Shown here: positions 54,582 through 63,899 of the stretch, one piece after another
Layout: each line of letters opens with the position of its first letter
How positions within the stretch are numbered: the first letter of the stretch is position 1
NCBI GenBank assembly: GCA_029550965.1
Contig: JAKPGJ010000032.1
Coordinates: 1,864 to 65,863 of the forward strand
DNA: 64,000 nt
From: Bacillota bacterium
GTDB lineage: Bacteria; Bacillota; Clostridia; Oscillospirales; CAG-382
Reading direction: 5' to 3'
Program-made: the position numbers and the translations under genes
The notes under the pieces: model-generated
Database searches by the model: none
The model's input: only the letters and a program-made list of their open reading frames with translations
What the model was told of the DNA's origin: nothing

Positions 54582-57218
54582 TTATTTTATTTGCGCCGCA
54601 AGCACGTCGGCCGCGGCCGCGATCGCCTCGTCGAGTTTGGTTGCGTCCTTTCCGCCGCTGGTCGCGCTGTCCGGTCTGCCGCCGCCGCCACCGCCCACAA
54701 TCGGCGAAATCGCCTTGAGCAGGTTGCCCGCGTGCGCGCCGGCGCTAACCGCTTCTTTGCCGCAGCGCGCCACAAACAGCACCTTGCCCTCGTTTACGGT
54801 CGCGAAAACGCAGACGGCGTCGCCGTGTTTGTCAATCAGCCTGTCGGACGCAAGTCTCAAAGCGTCTGCCGGAATGTCCGCAAACCGGCAGGTAACCAGC
54901 CTGACGCTTCCGATTTTCTTCGCTTCCGTTAACGCCTGCTCAATCTGCGCCAGCGCAATCGTAATGTTTGCGTTCTCCAGTTCCTTCTTTGCGTGCTTTA
55001 ACTCGTCCTGAAGGGTCTGCACTCGTTCCGGAATATCCAAAACGTTGTTCGCCTTCACCGCAGCCCTTACGGCCTGAATCAGCCTCTCGCTGCTGTTGAG
55101 GTACTCCAGCGTGTTTCTGCCGGTGATCGCCTCGATTCTGCGCACGCCCGCCGCAACGGAGGACTCGCCGATTATCTTGAAAAGCCCTGCCTGCGCGGTA
55201 GTGGAGAGATGCGTTCCGCCGCACAGCTCGATGGAGAAATCGCCCATCTTGACAACGCGGACCGTATCGCCGTACTTCTCGCCGAAGAGCGCCATCGCGC
55301 CCTCCGCTTTCGCCTGCGCAAGCGGCATTTCTCTGACGACGATGTCAGAACCTTTCAGAATCTCCTCGTTGACCAGACGCTCTACTTCGCCGATCTCCTC
55401 CGGCGTCAGAGCGGCGAAATGGGTGAAGTCAAACCGCGCGCGCTTGTCGTCCACATAAGAACCGGCCTGCTCGACATGGTTTCCGAGCACTTTGCGCAAA
55501 GCCGCCTGAAGCAGATGCACGCTCGAGTGGTTGCGCATAATGTCGCGGCGGCGTTCGCCGTCTATCTTCGCGTGCGCGCTTCCGAGCGAAACAACGCCTT
55601 CTTTTACATAACCGAAATGCAGATGCTGCCCCTCGTGCGTTTTCTTAACGTCCTCGACGCAGAACACGCCGGTTTTGGTGGCGATAACACCGGTGTCGGC
55701 CACCTGTCCGCCGCTCTCGGCGTAGAAGGGCGTTCTATCCAGCAGCAAAATAGCCTTGCCGCCGGCAATCTCGCTGGCGGGTTCGCCGTCTTTGATGATC
55801 GTGATAATCTCGCAGTCGTTCTCAAACGTCGTATATCCGGTAAACTCGGTCGGAACGGTCTTGTCGATAAACGAAAGCTCGTCGCCGCTCCAGCCCAGGT
55901 CGCCCAGCGAAGCTCTCGCTTCTCTTGCGCGCTGCTTCTGCTGCTTCATCAGCGCGTTGAAGCCTTCCTCGTCCACGCCGATGCCCTTTTCCGCGGTAAT
56001 CTCTTTGGTCAGGTCGATCGGGAAACCGAACGTGTCGTACAGCTTAAAGACATCCTCGCCGGAAAGCACTTTTCCGCCCGATTTTTCAAGGTCGGCGATC
56101 ATTTTGTCCAGAATGTTCAGACCCGCGTCGATGGTCTGGCGGAAGCGCTCTTCCTCAATGAGAATGGTCTTTTTGATATAGTCGCGCTTTTCGATCAGTT
56201 CGGGATAAGCGGCTTTGCTCTCGTTGATGACCGTGTCGCACAGCTCGGACAGGAACGGACGGTCAATGCCCAAGAGTTTTCCGTGCCTTGCCGCGCGCCT
56301 TAACACACGGCGCAGAATATATCCTCTGCCCTCGTTGGACGGGATAACGCCGTCGCTGATTAAAAACGTAGCGGTACGGATATGGTCGGTAATGACGCGC
56401 AGCGAAACGTCGCTGGGCTTGTCGCCGCCGGTATATTCTACGCCGGCGATTTCGCAGGCCTTGAGGATAATGCTTTTAATCGTGTCCACCTCGAACAGGT
56501 TTCCAACGCCCTGCATGACGCAGGCAAGCCTTTCGAGCCCCATGCCGGTGTCGATGTTCGGGTGCGCAAGGCGCGTGTAATTTCCGTTTCCGTCGCTGTC
56601 AAACTGCGTGAAAACGATGTTCCAGATTTCTATGAAACGATCGCAGTCGCAGCCGGGTTTGCAGTCCGGCTTGCCGCAGCCGTATTTTTCTCCCCTGTCA
56701 AAGTAAATCTCAGAGCATGGCCCGCAGGGACCGGAGCCGATCTCCCAGAAGTTGTCCTCTTTGCCGAGTTTTACGATTTTTTCGGCGGGGACGCCGGTTT
56801 TTACCCAGATATCGAACGCTTCGTCATCCTCGACATAAACGCTCGGGTATAAAAGATTCTCCGGGATTTCGAGCACCTTGGTCAGGAATTCCCATGCCCA
56901 CGGAATAGCCTCCTCCTTGAAGTAATCGCCGAAGGAGAAGTTGCCGAGCATTTCGAAGAACGTGCCGTGGCGGGAGGTCTTTCCGACGTTGTCGATATCC
57001 AGCGTGCGCACGCACTTCTGGCAGGTGGTAACCCGCTTTCTCGGCGGAACCTGCTCGCCTGTAAAATAGCGTTTCAAGGGCGCCATGCCCGCGTTGATCA
57101 GCAAGAGCGAGTGATCGTCCTGCGGCACGAGCGAGAACGAGTTTAAGCACAAATGCCCTTTGCTGACAAAAAAATCAAGAAATTTTTTTCTTAACACATT
57201 TAGCGACAGCGGTTCCAT
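54582..57218 (-). CDS. alaS: Alanine--tRNA ligase
   Basis: 878 aa. Contains FFEMLGNFSFGDYFK, an editing domain with HSSVHLL and CGGTH, and a C-terminal DHHA1 domain. Confidence 0.98.
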   Translation of the reverse strand: MEPLSLNVLRKKFLDFFVSKGHLCLNSFSLVPQDDHSLLLINAGMAPLKRYFTGEQVPPRKRVTTCQKCVRTLDIDNVGKTSRHGTFFEMLGNFSFGDYFKEEAIPWAWEFLTKVLEIPENLLYPSVYVEDDEAFDIWVKTGVPAEKIVKLGKEDNFWEIGSGPCGPCSEIYFDRGEKYGCGKPDCKPGCDCDRFIEIWNIVFTQFDSDGNGNYTRLAHPNIDTGMGLERLACVMQGVGNLFEVDTIKSIILKACEIAGVEYTGGDKPSDVSLRVITDHIRTATFLISDGVIPSNEGRGYILRRVLRRAARHGKLLGIDRPFLSELCDTVINESKAAYPELIEKRDYIKKTILIEEERFRQTIDAGLNILDKMIADLEKSGGKVLSGEDVFKLYDTFGFPIDLTKEITAEKGIGVDEEGFNALMKQQKQRAREARASLGDLGWSGDELSFIDKTVPTEFTGYTTFENDCEIITIIKDGEPASEIAGGKAILLLDRTPFYAESGGQVADTGVIATKTGVFCVEDVKKTHEGQHLHFGYVKEGVVSLGSAHAKIDGERRRDIMRNHSSVHLLQAALRKVLGNHVEQAGSYVDDKRARFDFTHFAALTPEEIGEVERLVNEEILKGSDIVVREMPLAQAKAEGAMALFGEKYGDTVRVVKMGDFSIELCGGTHLSTTAQAGLFKIIGESSVAAGVRRIEAITGRNTLEYLNSSERLIQAVRAAVKANNVLDIPERVQTLQDELKHAKKELENANITIALAQIEQALTEAKKIGSVRLVTCRFADIPADALRLASDRLIDKHGDAVCVFATVNEGKVLFVARCGKEAVSAGAHAGNLLKAISPIVGGGGGGRPDSATSGGKDATKLDEAIAAAADVLAAQIK

Positions 57219-57277
57219 ATATTATCCTCTCAATATTTATACATTCTGATTATAAAATGAAAAATCAACATTTATTC

Positions 57278-57305
57278 ATTATACACTTATAAATAAAAAT
57301 GTCAA
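57278..57305 (-). promoter_or_regulatory. Candidate alaS promoter (TTGACA-16 nt-TATAAT)
   Basis: Consensus hexamers on the minus strand: -35 at 57305-57300 and -10 at 57283-57278. It lies about 60 nt upstream of the alaS ATG. Confidence 0.6.
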
Positions 57306-57435
57306 TACTTCTGCGCCGCGGGGTTTGAGGATGTCGTTTATCACGCCGCCGCAACAGCCGTTTGGGCTAAAAAACCTCTGCGGCCTGCTCCCGTCGGCCG
57401 AGATACGCGACGCTTTTTTCGTAATTCAAGACCAT

Positions 57436-57472
57436 GAAAAAAGCATCCGGCAAAAAACCGCGATGCTTTTTT
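57436..57472 (-). terminator. Terminator of the ECF S-component gene
   Basis: On the minus strand: GCATCGCGG-TTTTTTG-CCGGATGC followed by T6. Confidence 0.75.
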
Positions 57473-57498
57473 CTCTGTTCAATCCGAAATGCCTTTAT

Positions 57499-58053
57499 TT
57501 ATTTGTTTGTTTTTATTGCCGATTTGAGCAGCGGCACCACGACCAACGCCAGCGCTCCGCCGATCGCCGCGGTGAAAAACTGCGTAATGCCGAACATCTG
57601 CGTGAATGTGTCAATCTGCGGCTGTTTGAGATTGAGTAAATACGGAATCGCGATTTTTACGATGGAAAGATACAGAACGGCGCATTTTACTGCGGCGCCG
57701 ACTACCAGCGCGACCGCCATCCGGATATATCCCGATACGGTTGCGGAAGCGTTCTTTGCGATAAAATACCAGATAAGTACCAAAACCAGATTGCCGAGCG
57801 CGATAAACGGGACTACGCCGACAATTTTCGGTCCTATGCCGAGGACAAACGCAAGAAACGGCGATAAAACAGCCACTGTTATTCCGGAGTACAGTCCGCT
57901 TATGGTCGCCGCGACGATGAGCACGAGGTTAACAGCCGATCCTACCACAAACTGATTATTGCCCGACAGAGCGCCGAGACCCCACTGGAAAACAACCAGC
58001 AACGCGATCAGTACGGCGGTTCTCGTTATCCACAGTATTGTGCTTTTTTTCAT
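57499..58053 (-). CDS. ECF transporter S-component-like membrane protein (substrate unknown)
   Basis: 184 aa with about 6 TM helices. N-terminus TRTAVLIALLVVFQ. No ECF A/T genes and no riboswitch are adjacent. Confidence 0.5.
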   Translation of the reverse strand: MKKSTILWITRTAVLIALLVVFQWGLGALSGNNQFVVGSAVNLVLIVAATISGLYSGITVAVLSPFLAFVLGIGPKIVGVVPFIALGNLVLVLIWYFIAKNASATVSGYIRMAVALVVGAAVKCAVLYLSIVKIAIPYLLNLKQPQIDTFTQMFGITQFFTAAIGGALALVVVPLLKSAIKTNK

Positions 58054-58136
58054 AACAAACCCTTCTTTCTATAAAAAAATCCTCTTGCTTTTTATACGGG
58101 CATTATAGTATATTATTTCCGGGAGTGATGTTGCCT

Positions 58137-58796
58137 ATGCAACAAAACGAAAAAATCTTTAAAAATCCGCTGTTTTTCGGCTTTGCGCAGGCAGAAATCG
58201 AAAGCATGCTCGACATTCTTCAGGCGAAAACCATTAAAATCGCCGAAAAAAGGGTTGTCATCCGCGAAGGCGAGCGCAACCCGTATATCTTCATGGTGCT
58301 TTCGGGCGAAGCCTACGGAATCAAATACGACATTTTCGGAAGAGAAACGATTTACAATCATTTTTCGCCGGGCAGCGTTTTCGGCGACGTGCTGGCCGTT
58401 TCCGCCGTCAAGGAAAGCCCGGTAACCGTGATCGCTTCTCCGGGAACGGAGCTTTTGCAGTTCCGTTTCGACAGTCTGGTTTCCGCCAAAACCGAACATT
58501 TGGAGCTGCGCTCAAAACTGCTGCGGAATCTGACTTCGGAGCTTGCGAACAAGTTTTTTGAGCTTCAGGACAGAGTGGACTGTCTGGTCGCGCCGAGCTT
58601 GCGCGAGAAAATCATGATGTTCCTTGAGAATCAGACCAAAAAGCAAAAAAGCAAAAAAATCACCCTCACGCTGAACCGCGAGCGGCTGGCTGCCTATCTG
58701 AACACCGACCGCAGCGCGCTCTGCCGCGAGCTTTCCCGCATGAAAAAGGACGGCATCATCGATTTCGACAAAAAAGAGTTTGTTTTGCTTGTATAA
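58137..58796 (+). CDS. Crp/Fnr family transcriptional regulator
   Basis: It has a cNMP-binding-like beta-barrel and a C-terminal HTH (RERLAAYLNTDRSALCRELSRMKKDGII). The start is ambiguous (58125, 58128 or 58137). Confidence 0.85.
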   Translation: MQQNEKIFKNPLFFGFAQAEIESMLDILQAKTIKIAEKRVVIREGERNPYIFMVLSGEAYGIKYDIFGRETIYNHFSPGSVFGDVLAVSAVKESPVTVIASPGTELLQFRFDSLVSAKTEHLELRSKLLRNLTSELANKFFELQDRVDCLVAPSLREKIMMFLENQTKKQKSKKITLTLNRERLAAYLNTDRSALCRELSRMKKDGIIDFDKKEFVLLV

Positions 58797-58833
58797 TATA
58801 GAAAAATACCGTTTAAATCGACAGGAGTTTTAT

Positions 58834-60015
58834 ATGATTATCAGACCTTTGCGTAAAAACGAAAAGTACAAACGGGATATTCTGTTTGCCGAGGCTTTCA
58901 ATATGAAGCCCGACATCGAACAGTCAAAAAAAGAAGAACTGAACCTTGAAGGCGAAGTCTTTTACGGCGCGTTCAAGGACGACGGCGAAACGCTGATGGC
59001 GCAGATTGCCGTCATCGACTATAAAAGCATGTATTACGGGCATGTTTTGACCGCCGCCGGCATCGCGGGCGTTTCCACTTTGCCCGAATACCGGCGCAGC
59101 GGCTGCATCCGGGAGATATTCAAGTACATTTTTACAAGCGGCAGCGTAAAGCCCTACGACGCCAGCTTCCTCTACCCCTTTTCCTACCGCTACTACCGCA
59201 AGTACGGCTACGAGCGGGTTTTGCAGCACAAGACCATCAAGTTCCCCTTCTCCGCGATCCAGTTTATCCCGAGAAACGACAGCGGCGTGCTCTACCAGAG
59301 CAAAGACCAGCTGCCCGAACTGTTGGCGTTATACAACCGCTTCGCCAGCCGGTACAACGTCTGTTTTTACCGGGAGAACGGCAAATACTTCTGCGACACG
59401 CCCTTCAAAACAGGAAAATACACGTACATGTGGTACAACAACGGCAAACCGGAAGCCTACGCGACCTTTACGATAGAGGGCAGAACCCTCAACGTCTCCG
59501 AGCTGGTCTGGCTGGACAAAAACTCCCTTTTAGGTCTGCTCGGCTTTTTGCGGATGTATGAGGGTCAGGCGGACGATATCTGGTTCTCCACGCTGGACAA
59601 AAACAACCCGCTGGATTTGATGATCGACGCCGACAGAAGCTGTTCTTACGGCATGTACGACGGCGTTATGGGCCGGTTTATGGATATCAAAAAAGGGCTT
59701 GCGCTCTACCCGTATCCCGAAGAGAGCGGAACCCTGACCGTCGAAGTGACCGGCGACTTTATAACATCCAACAACGGCGTCTATCATATCGAATACGGCG
59801 GCGGCAGAGCGAACGTAACATATTTGAACGACGAAACGCCGGATAAATCTATATCAACAGATATTAAAATTTCCGTATGTTCCCTTTCAAGGCTTCTTTT
59901 CGGCGACGTTACGCCCGAAAACATCCCGTACCTGCCCGATACGGTTGTTTATCACGCGGAGAAAGTCCAAAAAATATTCAAACCGAACGACGCGGTGCAT
60001 TTTGAAAGATTTTAA
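58834..60015 (+). CDS. GNAT family N-acetyltransferase, Eis-like (GNAT plus SCP2-like C-terminus)
   Basis: I place the start at ATG 58834 after an AGGAG SD. It has an acetyl-CoA motif region (VSTLPEYRRSGCIREIF) and a ~390-aa architecture typical of Eis-type enzymes. Confidence 0.65.
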   Translation: MIIRPLRKNEKYKRDILFAEAFNMKPDIEQSKKEELNLEGEVFYGAFKDDGETLMAQIAVIDYKSMYYGHVLTAAGIAGVSTLPEYRRSGCIREIFKYIFTSGSVKPYDASFLYPFSYRYYRKYGYERVLQHKTIKFPFSAIQFIPRNDSGVLYQSKDQLPELLALYNRFASRYNVCFYRENGKYFCDTPFKTGKYTYMWYNNGKPEAYATFTIEGRTLNVSELVWLDKNSLLGLLGFLRMYEGQADDIWFSTLDKNNPLDLMIDADRSCSYGMYDGVMGRFMDIKKGLALYPYPEESGTLTVEVTGDFITSNNGVYHIEYGGGRANVTYLNDETPDKSISTDIKISVCSLSRLLFGDVTPENIPYLPDTVVYHAEKVQKIFKPNDAVHFERF

Positions 60016-60070
60016 AACAGAAAATATTTATATTTCCAACATTTTTAGAATTTATTAAAAAGCGTAGATA

Positions 60071-60099
60071 TTGACTTTTGATAAGGATTATGCTACACT
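60071..60099 (+). promoter_or_regulatory. Candidate promoter (TTGACT-17 nt-TACACT) with ~115-nt leader
   Basis: The hexamers were read directly from the sequence. The downstream gene is the GT2 glycosyltransferase. Confidence 0.45.
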
Positions 60100-60217
60100 T
60101 ACGTTAAGTCAGGCAGCCTTATTATATCAATATTACGCCTGGCTTTGCTTTTGTGCCGGCAGCATTTGCATTAACTTTTTTTGATAATACAGGTAATTCG
60201 CCGGAGAAACGGATCGA

Positions 60218-61495
60218 TTGTTCTATATGGAAATCATCATACCGATCGAAAAGAGCATATCCATAATCTTTGCGATTTGCTATCTATATCAGTTCTTTTA
60301 TACCTTCTACATGCTGTTCACCGAGGAGAAAGTCCAGACCATCAAGGACTTCAAGATGAACAAGTTCGGTGTTATCGTCGCGGCGCGGAACGAGGAAAAG
60401 GTTATCGGCCATCTGCTGGACTCGATCCATAACCAGACCTATCCCAAAGAACTGATTAAAATATTCGTCATCGCAGACAACTGCACGGACAATACCGCCA
60501 AAATCAGCAGAGAGAAAGGCGCGATCGTTTACGAGCGTTTCAACAAGCAGTTAGTCGGAAAAGGCTACGCGCTGGATTATCTTTTTAAGGATTTGATGGC
60601 GAAAAACGACGACTGCGACGGCTATATTGTTTTCGACGCGGACAACGTTGTCGATAAAAACTACATCACCGAGATGAACAAGACCTTCAACCTCGGGTTT
60701 GACGCGATCACCAGCTACCGCAATTCGAAGAACTACGGAACCAACTGGATTTCCGCAGGCTATGCGTTATGGTTCCTGCGCGAATCGAAATACCTCAACA
60801 ACGCCCGCATGCGCTTAAACACCAGCTGCGCGATTTCGGGCACGGGCTTCTGCCTGAGCAAACAGACGATTATCAAAAACGGCGGCTGGCCCTTCCACAT
60901 GCTGACGGAGGACATTGAGTTCACGATTGACACGGTCGTGCGCGGCGGAAAAATCGGCTACTGCGCGAACGCGATGATATACGACGAGCAGCCGGAAAAC
61001 TTCAAGCAGTCCTGGAATCAGCGTCTGCGCTGGTCGAAGGGATTTTATCAGGTTATCGGCAAGTACGGCCTGCCGCTTGCTAAAAACATGATTTTGAAGC
61101 TGAACTTCTCCTGCTTCGATATGCTCATGACCATCTTCCCGGCCATTTTCCTTACCACGCTGTGCATCGTTCTGAACCTGGTAAAGATTTTCTACGGCGC
61201 AATCAACAACCTGCCCACCATGTTCAACGACGGATTCGTCGCGATGGGACAGTTCCTCGCGCTCGGGTATTTGCTCTTGTTCTTTGTCGGCTTTATCGCC
61301 ACCATCACCGAATGGCACAACATCTTAAACACTCCCCCGCTCAAACGAATCCTGTACATGTTCACCTTCCCGCTTTTCATGATGACCTACATTCCGATAT
61401 CCATTACGGCAATGTTTAAAAAGGTCGAGTGGGTTCCGATCCAGCACACCGTCGCCGCTTCCATCGAACAGATTCAGGGCGAACATCAGAAATAG
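60218..61495 (+). CDS. Membrane-embedded family 2 glycosyltransferase (processive synthase-like)
   Basis: 425 aa. Contains VIVAARNEEKVI, FDADN, TEDIEF and QRLRWSKG (a QxxRW motif), plus flanking TM helices. Confidence 0.85.
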   Translation: MFYMEIIIPIEKSISIIFAICYLYQFFYTFYMLFTEEKVQTIKDFKMNKFGVIVAARNEEKVIGHLLDSIHNQTYPKELIKIFVIADNCTDNTAKISREKGAIVYERFNKQLVGKGYALDYLFKDLMAKNDDCDGYIVFDADNVVDKNYITEMNKTFNLGFDAITSYRNSKNYGTNWISAGYALWFLRESKYLNNARMRLNTSCAISGTGFCLSKQTIIKNGGWPFHMLTEDIEFTIDTVVRGGKIGYCANAMIYDEQPENFKQSWNQRLRWSKGFYQVIGKYGLPLAKNMILKLNFSCFDMLMTIFPAIFLTTLCIVLNLVKIFYGAINNLPTMFNDGFVAMGQFLALGYLLLFFVGFIATITEWHNILNTPPLKRILYMFTFPLFMMTYIPISITAMFKKVEWVPIQHTVAASIEQIQGEHQK

Positions 61496-61510
61496 GCATA
61501 TAAAAATTTT

Positions 61511-61539
61511 AGAACTGCTCTTCTGAGCAGTTCTTTTTA
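61511..61539 (+). terminator. Rho-independent terminator
   Basis: AGAACTGCTC-TTCT-GAGCAGTTCT followed by TTTT. Confidence 0.8.
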
Positions 61540-61570
61540 TGCCCTATTTATTGTTTTAATATATTTTTTA

Positions 61571-61599
61571 TTGACATATAATATTATAAATATTATAAT
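61571..61599 (+). promoter_or_regulatory. Candidate promoter (TTGACA-17 nt-TATAAT)
   Basis: Consensus hexamers lie at 61571-61576 and 61594-61599. Confidence 0.55.
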
Positions 61600-61632
61600 T
61601 TAAATATAAAAAATCATGAAAGGTATATCTGT

Positions 61633-62349
61633 ATGAAACGTACAGCGCCAGCTTTTCTGCTTTTTTTCTGCATATGTATATTATGTATATTCTATTGCAT
61701 ATTGCCGCTTTGCCGTATTGCGGCGCTGGTTTTTAGCTATAGTTTTAAGCTTTATAATTATCCGGTATACATTGCAGTGCTTGCATCCTTTTCTTTGATT
61801 ACTGCCATTTATTCCATAATCATAAAAAAATATCCCGTACCAAGTTCTGTTCTATCGGCTTTTCTTTTGCCGTTATCCATATATCATGCGATTGAAGTAA
61901 TTGAGAACTGCGGCTTTGATTTCATTCTTCTTTTCGTGGTTGTGAGCATCGGAAGTTCTGTTGTACTGTTTTTCAAAACTGCGCGTTCGATTCCAAAGAT
62001 TCTATCCTTAGCTGTAACAAGCGTACTGCTGATCATGTTCTTCATCTCATCTTTATTTCATTCAGTTTTCGGTAGCCTTAGCAATAATATTGTAATCAAG
62101 TCAGTTTCGTCGCCGGACAATAGTTATACTGCCGAAGTAATCAGCAGCGACCAAGGCGCGTTCGGCGGAAACACTTTTGTCAACATTCATTTTAACAGAA
62201 AAAGCGTTAATCTTTTGTTCGGCGGGTTTGCGAAACATTCCGAACGCATATACTCTGGCAAATATGGCGAATATGAGGATTTGCAAATTTCATGGAAGGA
62301 CAATCATACCCTCATTATAAACGGCGCAGAGTATAAAATTACAAGCTGA
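61633..62349 (+). CDS. Hypothetical polytopic membrane protein with small C-terminal soluble domain
   Basis: 238 aa from a very AT-rich gene. It has about 5 TM helices, then SPDNSYTAEVISSDQGAFGG...ISWKDNHTLIINGAEYKI. No family was confidently recognised. Confidence 0.6.
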   Translation: MKRTAPAFLLFFCICILCIFYCILPLCRIAALVFSYSFKLYNYPVYIAVLASFSLITAIYSIIIKKYPVPSSVLSAFLLPLSIYHAIEVIENCGFDFILLFVVVSIGSSVVLFFKTARSIPKILSLAVTSVLLIMFFISSLFHSVFGSLSNNIVIKSVSSPDNSYTAEVISSDQGAFGGNTFVNIHFNRKSVNLLFGGFAKHSERIYSGKYGEYEDLQISWKDNHTLIINGAEYKITS

Positions 62350-62354
62350 AATTC

Positions 62355-62408
62355 AAAAAAACATAACCTGCTGAAACGGTTTTGCATTTCAGCAGGTTTT
62401 ATTTTTAA
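62355..62408. terminator. Bidirectional terminator
   Basis: A7...AACCTGCTGAAA-loop-TTTCAGCAGGTT-TTATTTTT. Confidence 0.85.
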
Positions 62409-62425
62409 AAAAGGTATTTTGCGCG

Positions 62426-63016
62426 TTAAAACTCCGGCTTCATCATCGCGTGGAAGTTGTAGATATAATCGTCGCAGAGCCTGCGCATTTCGGGCATGCT
62501 GTCTTTGCTGGTTTCGTCATAGACGCCGACAACGCAAAAGCCCGCTTCCTTCGCGGTTTTCGCGCAGAAGAGCATATCCTCGAACACCACGATGTCCTCC
62601 ACGCCGAAACCAAGACGTTTTGCGGAAATATAGTAAATATCCGGGTTTGTTTTGGAAACGCCGACCTCCTTGCAGTCGATGTAAAAGCTGTACAGCTTGT
62701 CGAAACCGAACTTTTTAATCAGTTTTTCCGCCATCGCGAACGGCGTGTTGGTGGCGATGCAGAACGGAATGCCCGATTCGTTCAGCAGCCTGCAAAGCTC
62801 GGTCGCGTACGGTTTGGGCGTGATAACCTCGTCGTATTTGTGCTGCATAAACTCAAGTTTTTCCGCCGAGGTTTTCAACTCGTCTATTTCTTTGGAATAC
62901 CAGTATTTCATCGAGTCGATCAGGGTTCCGTCCAAGTCGAAAATGACCGCTTTTTTGTCCTTTAAATAGCTTTTTGAATCATTGAGTATCTGTCCTAAAT
63001 CCATACGTTTCTCCAA
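62426..63016 (-). CDS. HAD family hydrolase (beta-phosphoglucomutase-like subfamily IA)
   Basis: 196 aa. Motif I is AVIFDLDGTLIDS. The remaining HAD motifs are present (ATNT, FEDMLF). Confidence 0.85.
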   Translation of the reverse strand: MEKRMDLGQILNDSKSYLKDKKAVIFDLDGTLIDSMKYWYSKEIDELKTSAEKLEFMQHKYDEVITPKPYATELCRLLNESGIPFCIATNTPFAMAEKLIKKFGFDKLYSFYIDCKEVGVSKTNPDIYYISAKRLGFGVEDIVVFEDMLFCAKTAKEAGFCVVGVYDETSKDSMPEMRRLCDDYIYNFHAMMKPEF

Positions 63017-63194
63017 AAACTGCTTAATTGCTTTTTATTGTAAACCGATCTGTTTAATATATCAATATTTTATTGTAAATAATAATGCGTTCGGGCTCAC
63101 ATAAGTATATATCGGTACGCGCGGGCGAATAATCAATTGAACAAAATGTAAATTATAATATGGCTTTCTTTGGTGAAAAATCATAAAAATACTA

Positions 63195-63223
63195 TTGCAA
63201 AAATATCATACCTATAGTATAAT
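63195..63223 (+). promoter_or_regulatory. Candidate promoter (TTGCAA-17 nt-TATAAT)
   Basis: Hexamers lie at 63195-63200 and 63218-63223, about 30 nt upstream of ireB. Confidence 0.55.
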
Positions 63224-63256
63224 TGAATGTAATTAATAGTCAGAGGAGGGTTCTGA

Positions 63257-63511
63257 ATGCAGGACAATAAGCAAAAGACGATCATGTTCCCGATTAAGGA
63301 TCAGAATACGCTTGTCATACGGGAGACCTTGCAGAGCGTTTACAACTCGCTCAAAGAAAAAGGTTACAATCCCATTAATCAGCTTGTCGGCTACATTTTG
63401 ACGGAGGACCCGACTTATATCACCAATTACAATAACGCGAGAGCGATTATCAGTAAAATCGACAGGGATGAGCTTTTGCGCGTTCTGGTTGAGAACTTCC
63501 TGACTTTATAA
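63257..63511 (+). CDS. ireB: IreB family regulatory phosphoprotein (UPF0297)
   Basis: 84 aa. Contains TLQSVYNSLKEKGYNPINQLVGYILTEDPTYITNYNNARAIISKIDRDELL. Confidence 0.9.
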   Translation: MQDNKQKTIMFPIKDQNTLVIRETLQSVYNSLKEKGYNPINQLVGYILTEDPTYITNYNNARAIISKIDRDELLRVLVENFLTL

Positions 63512-63578
63512 TTACGCCCTTTTTAATTGGAACGATTGTTATTTAATTTTGCGACTGTAATCGAAAGGATATGATGAG

Positions 63579-63863
63579 TTGAGCGAATTCAAGACTTTAA
63601 CGTATAAAGGAAAACCGCTTGTAAGACAGGGTCAGTTTATTTTTTACGGTTTTCCGGATGATAAATATATTCTTTTCATGAATATACTCGAATCCAAAAA
63701 AGTCGGCAACCTGGAAGTTGCGACGCGCGTTCTTGTTCAAATACAAAGCACAGACGACAACGTCAGCTTCAACGATAAAGTAATCAAGCAGTGCGAAAAA
63801 CGCAGTTTCTACGAGGCTTTTGAAATAGGCACCATTTGGCTTGAGCGCGAATTGAAAAAGTAA
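63579..63863 (+). CDS. Hypothetical 94-aa protein
   Basis: TTG start after an AAAGGA SD. No recognisable family. It is followed by a terminator. Confidence 0.5.
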   Translation: MSEFKTLTYKGKPLVRQGQFIFYGFPDDKYILFMNILESKKVGNLEVATRVLVQIQSTDDNVSFNDKVIKQCEKRSFYEAFEIGTIWLERELKK

Positions 63864-63867
63864 TCAT

Positions 63868-63899
63868 AAAAAACCGTACCCGTCTCGTACGGTTTTATG
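63868..63899 (+). terminator. Rho-independent terminator
   Basis: AAACCGTAC-loop-GTACGGTTT followed by a T-rich stretch. Confidence 0.75.

Noticed and set aside
55209-56303. 364-aa ORF on the + strand inside alaS
   Set aside because: It is an antisense shadow of a highly conserved gene, with no motifs and no SD.
57219-57498. Possible T-box or riboswitch upstream of alaS, plus an unexplained GC-rich ~130-nt spacer (57306-57435)
   Set aside because: The alaS promoter lies only about 60 nt from the ATG, which is too short for a T-box, and I found no T-box or specifier-like sequence. The GC-rich spacer shows only weak 4-5-bp hairpins and no credible ORF (the 104-aa track ORF runs antisense into the S-component gene). 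I cannot assign it a function.
60100-60217. Possible c-di-GMP riboswitch in the leader of the GT2 synthase-like gene
   Set aside because: None of the GEMM-I/II signature sequences I remember (GGCAAA...GACGCAAAGCC, ACGCACAG) are present. A T-run at about 60171-60181 is not preceded by a convincing hairpin.
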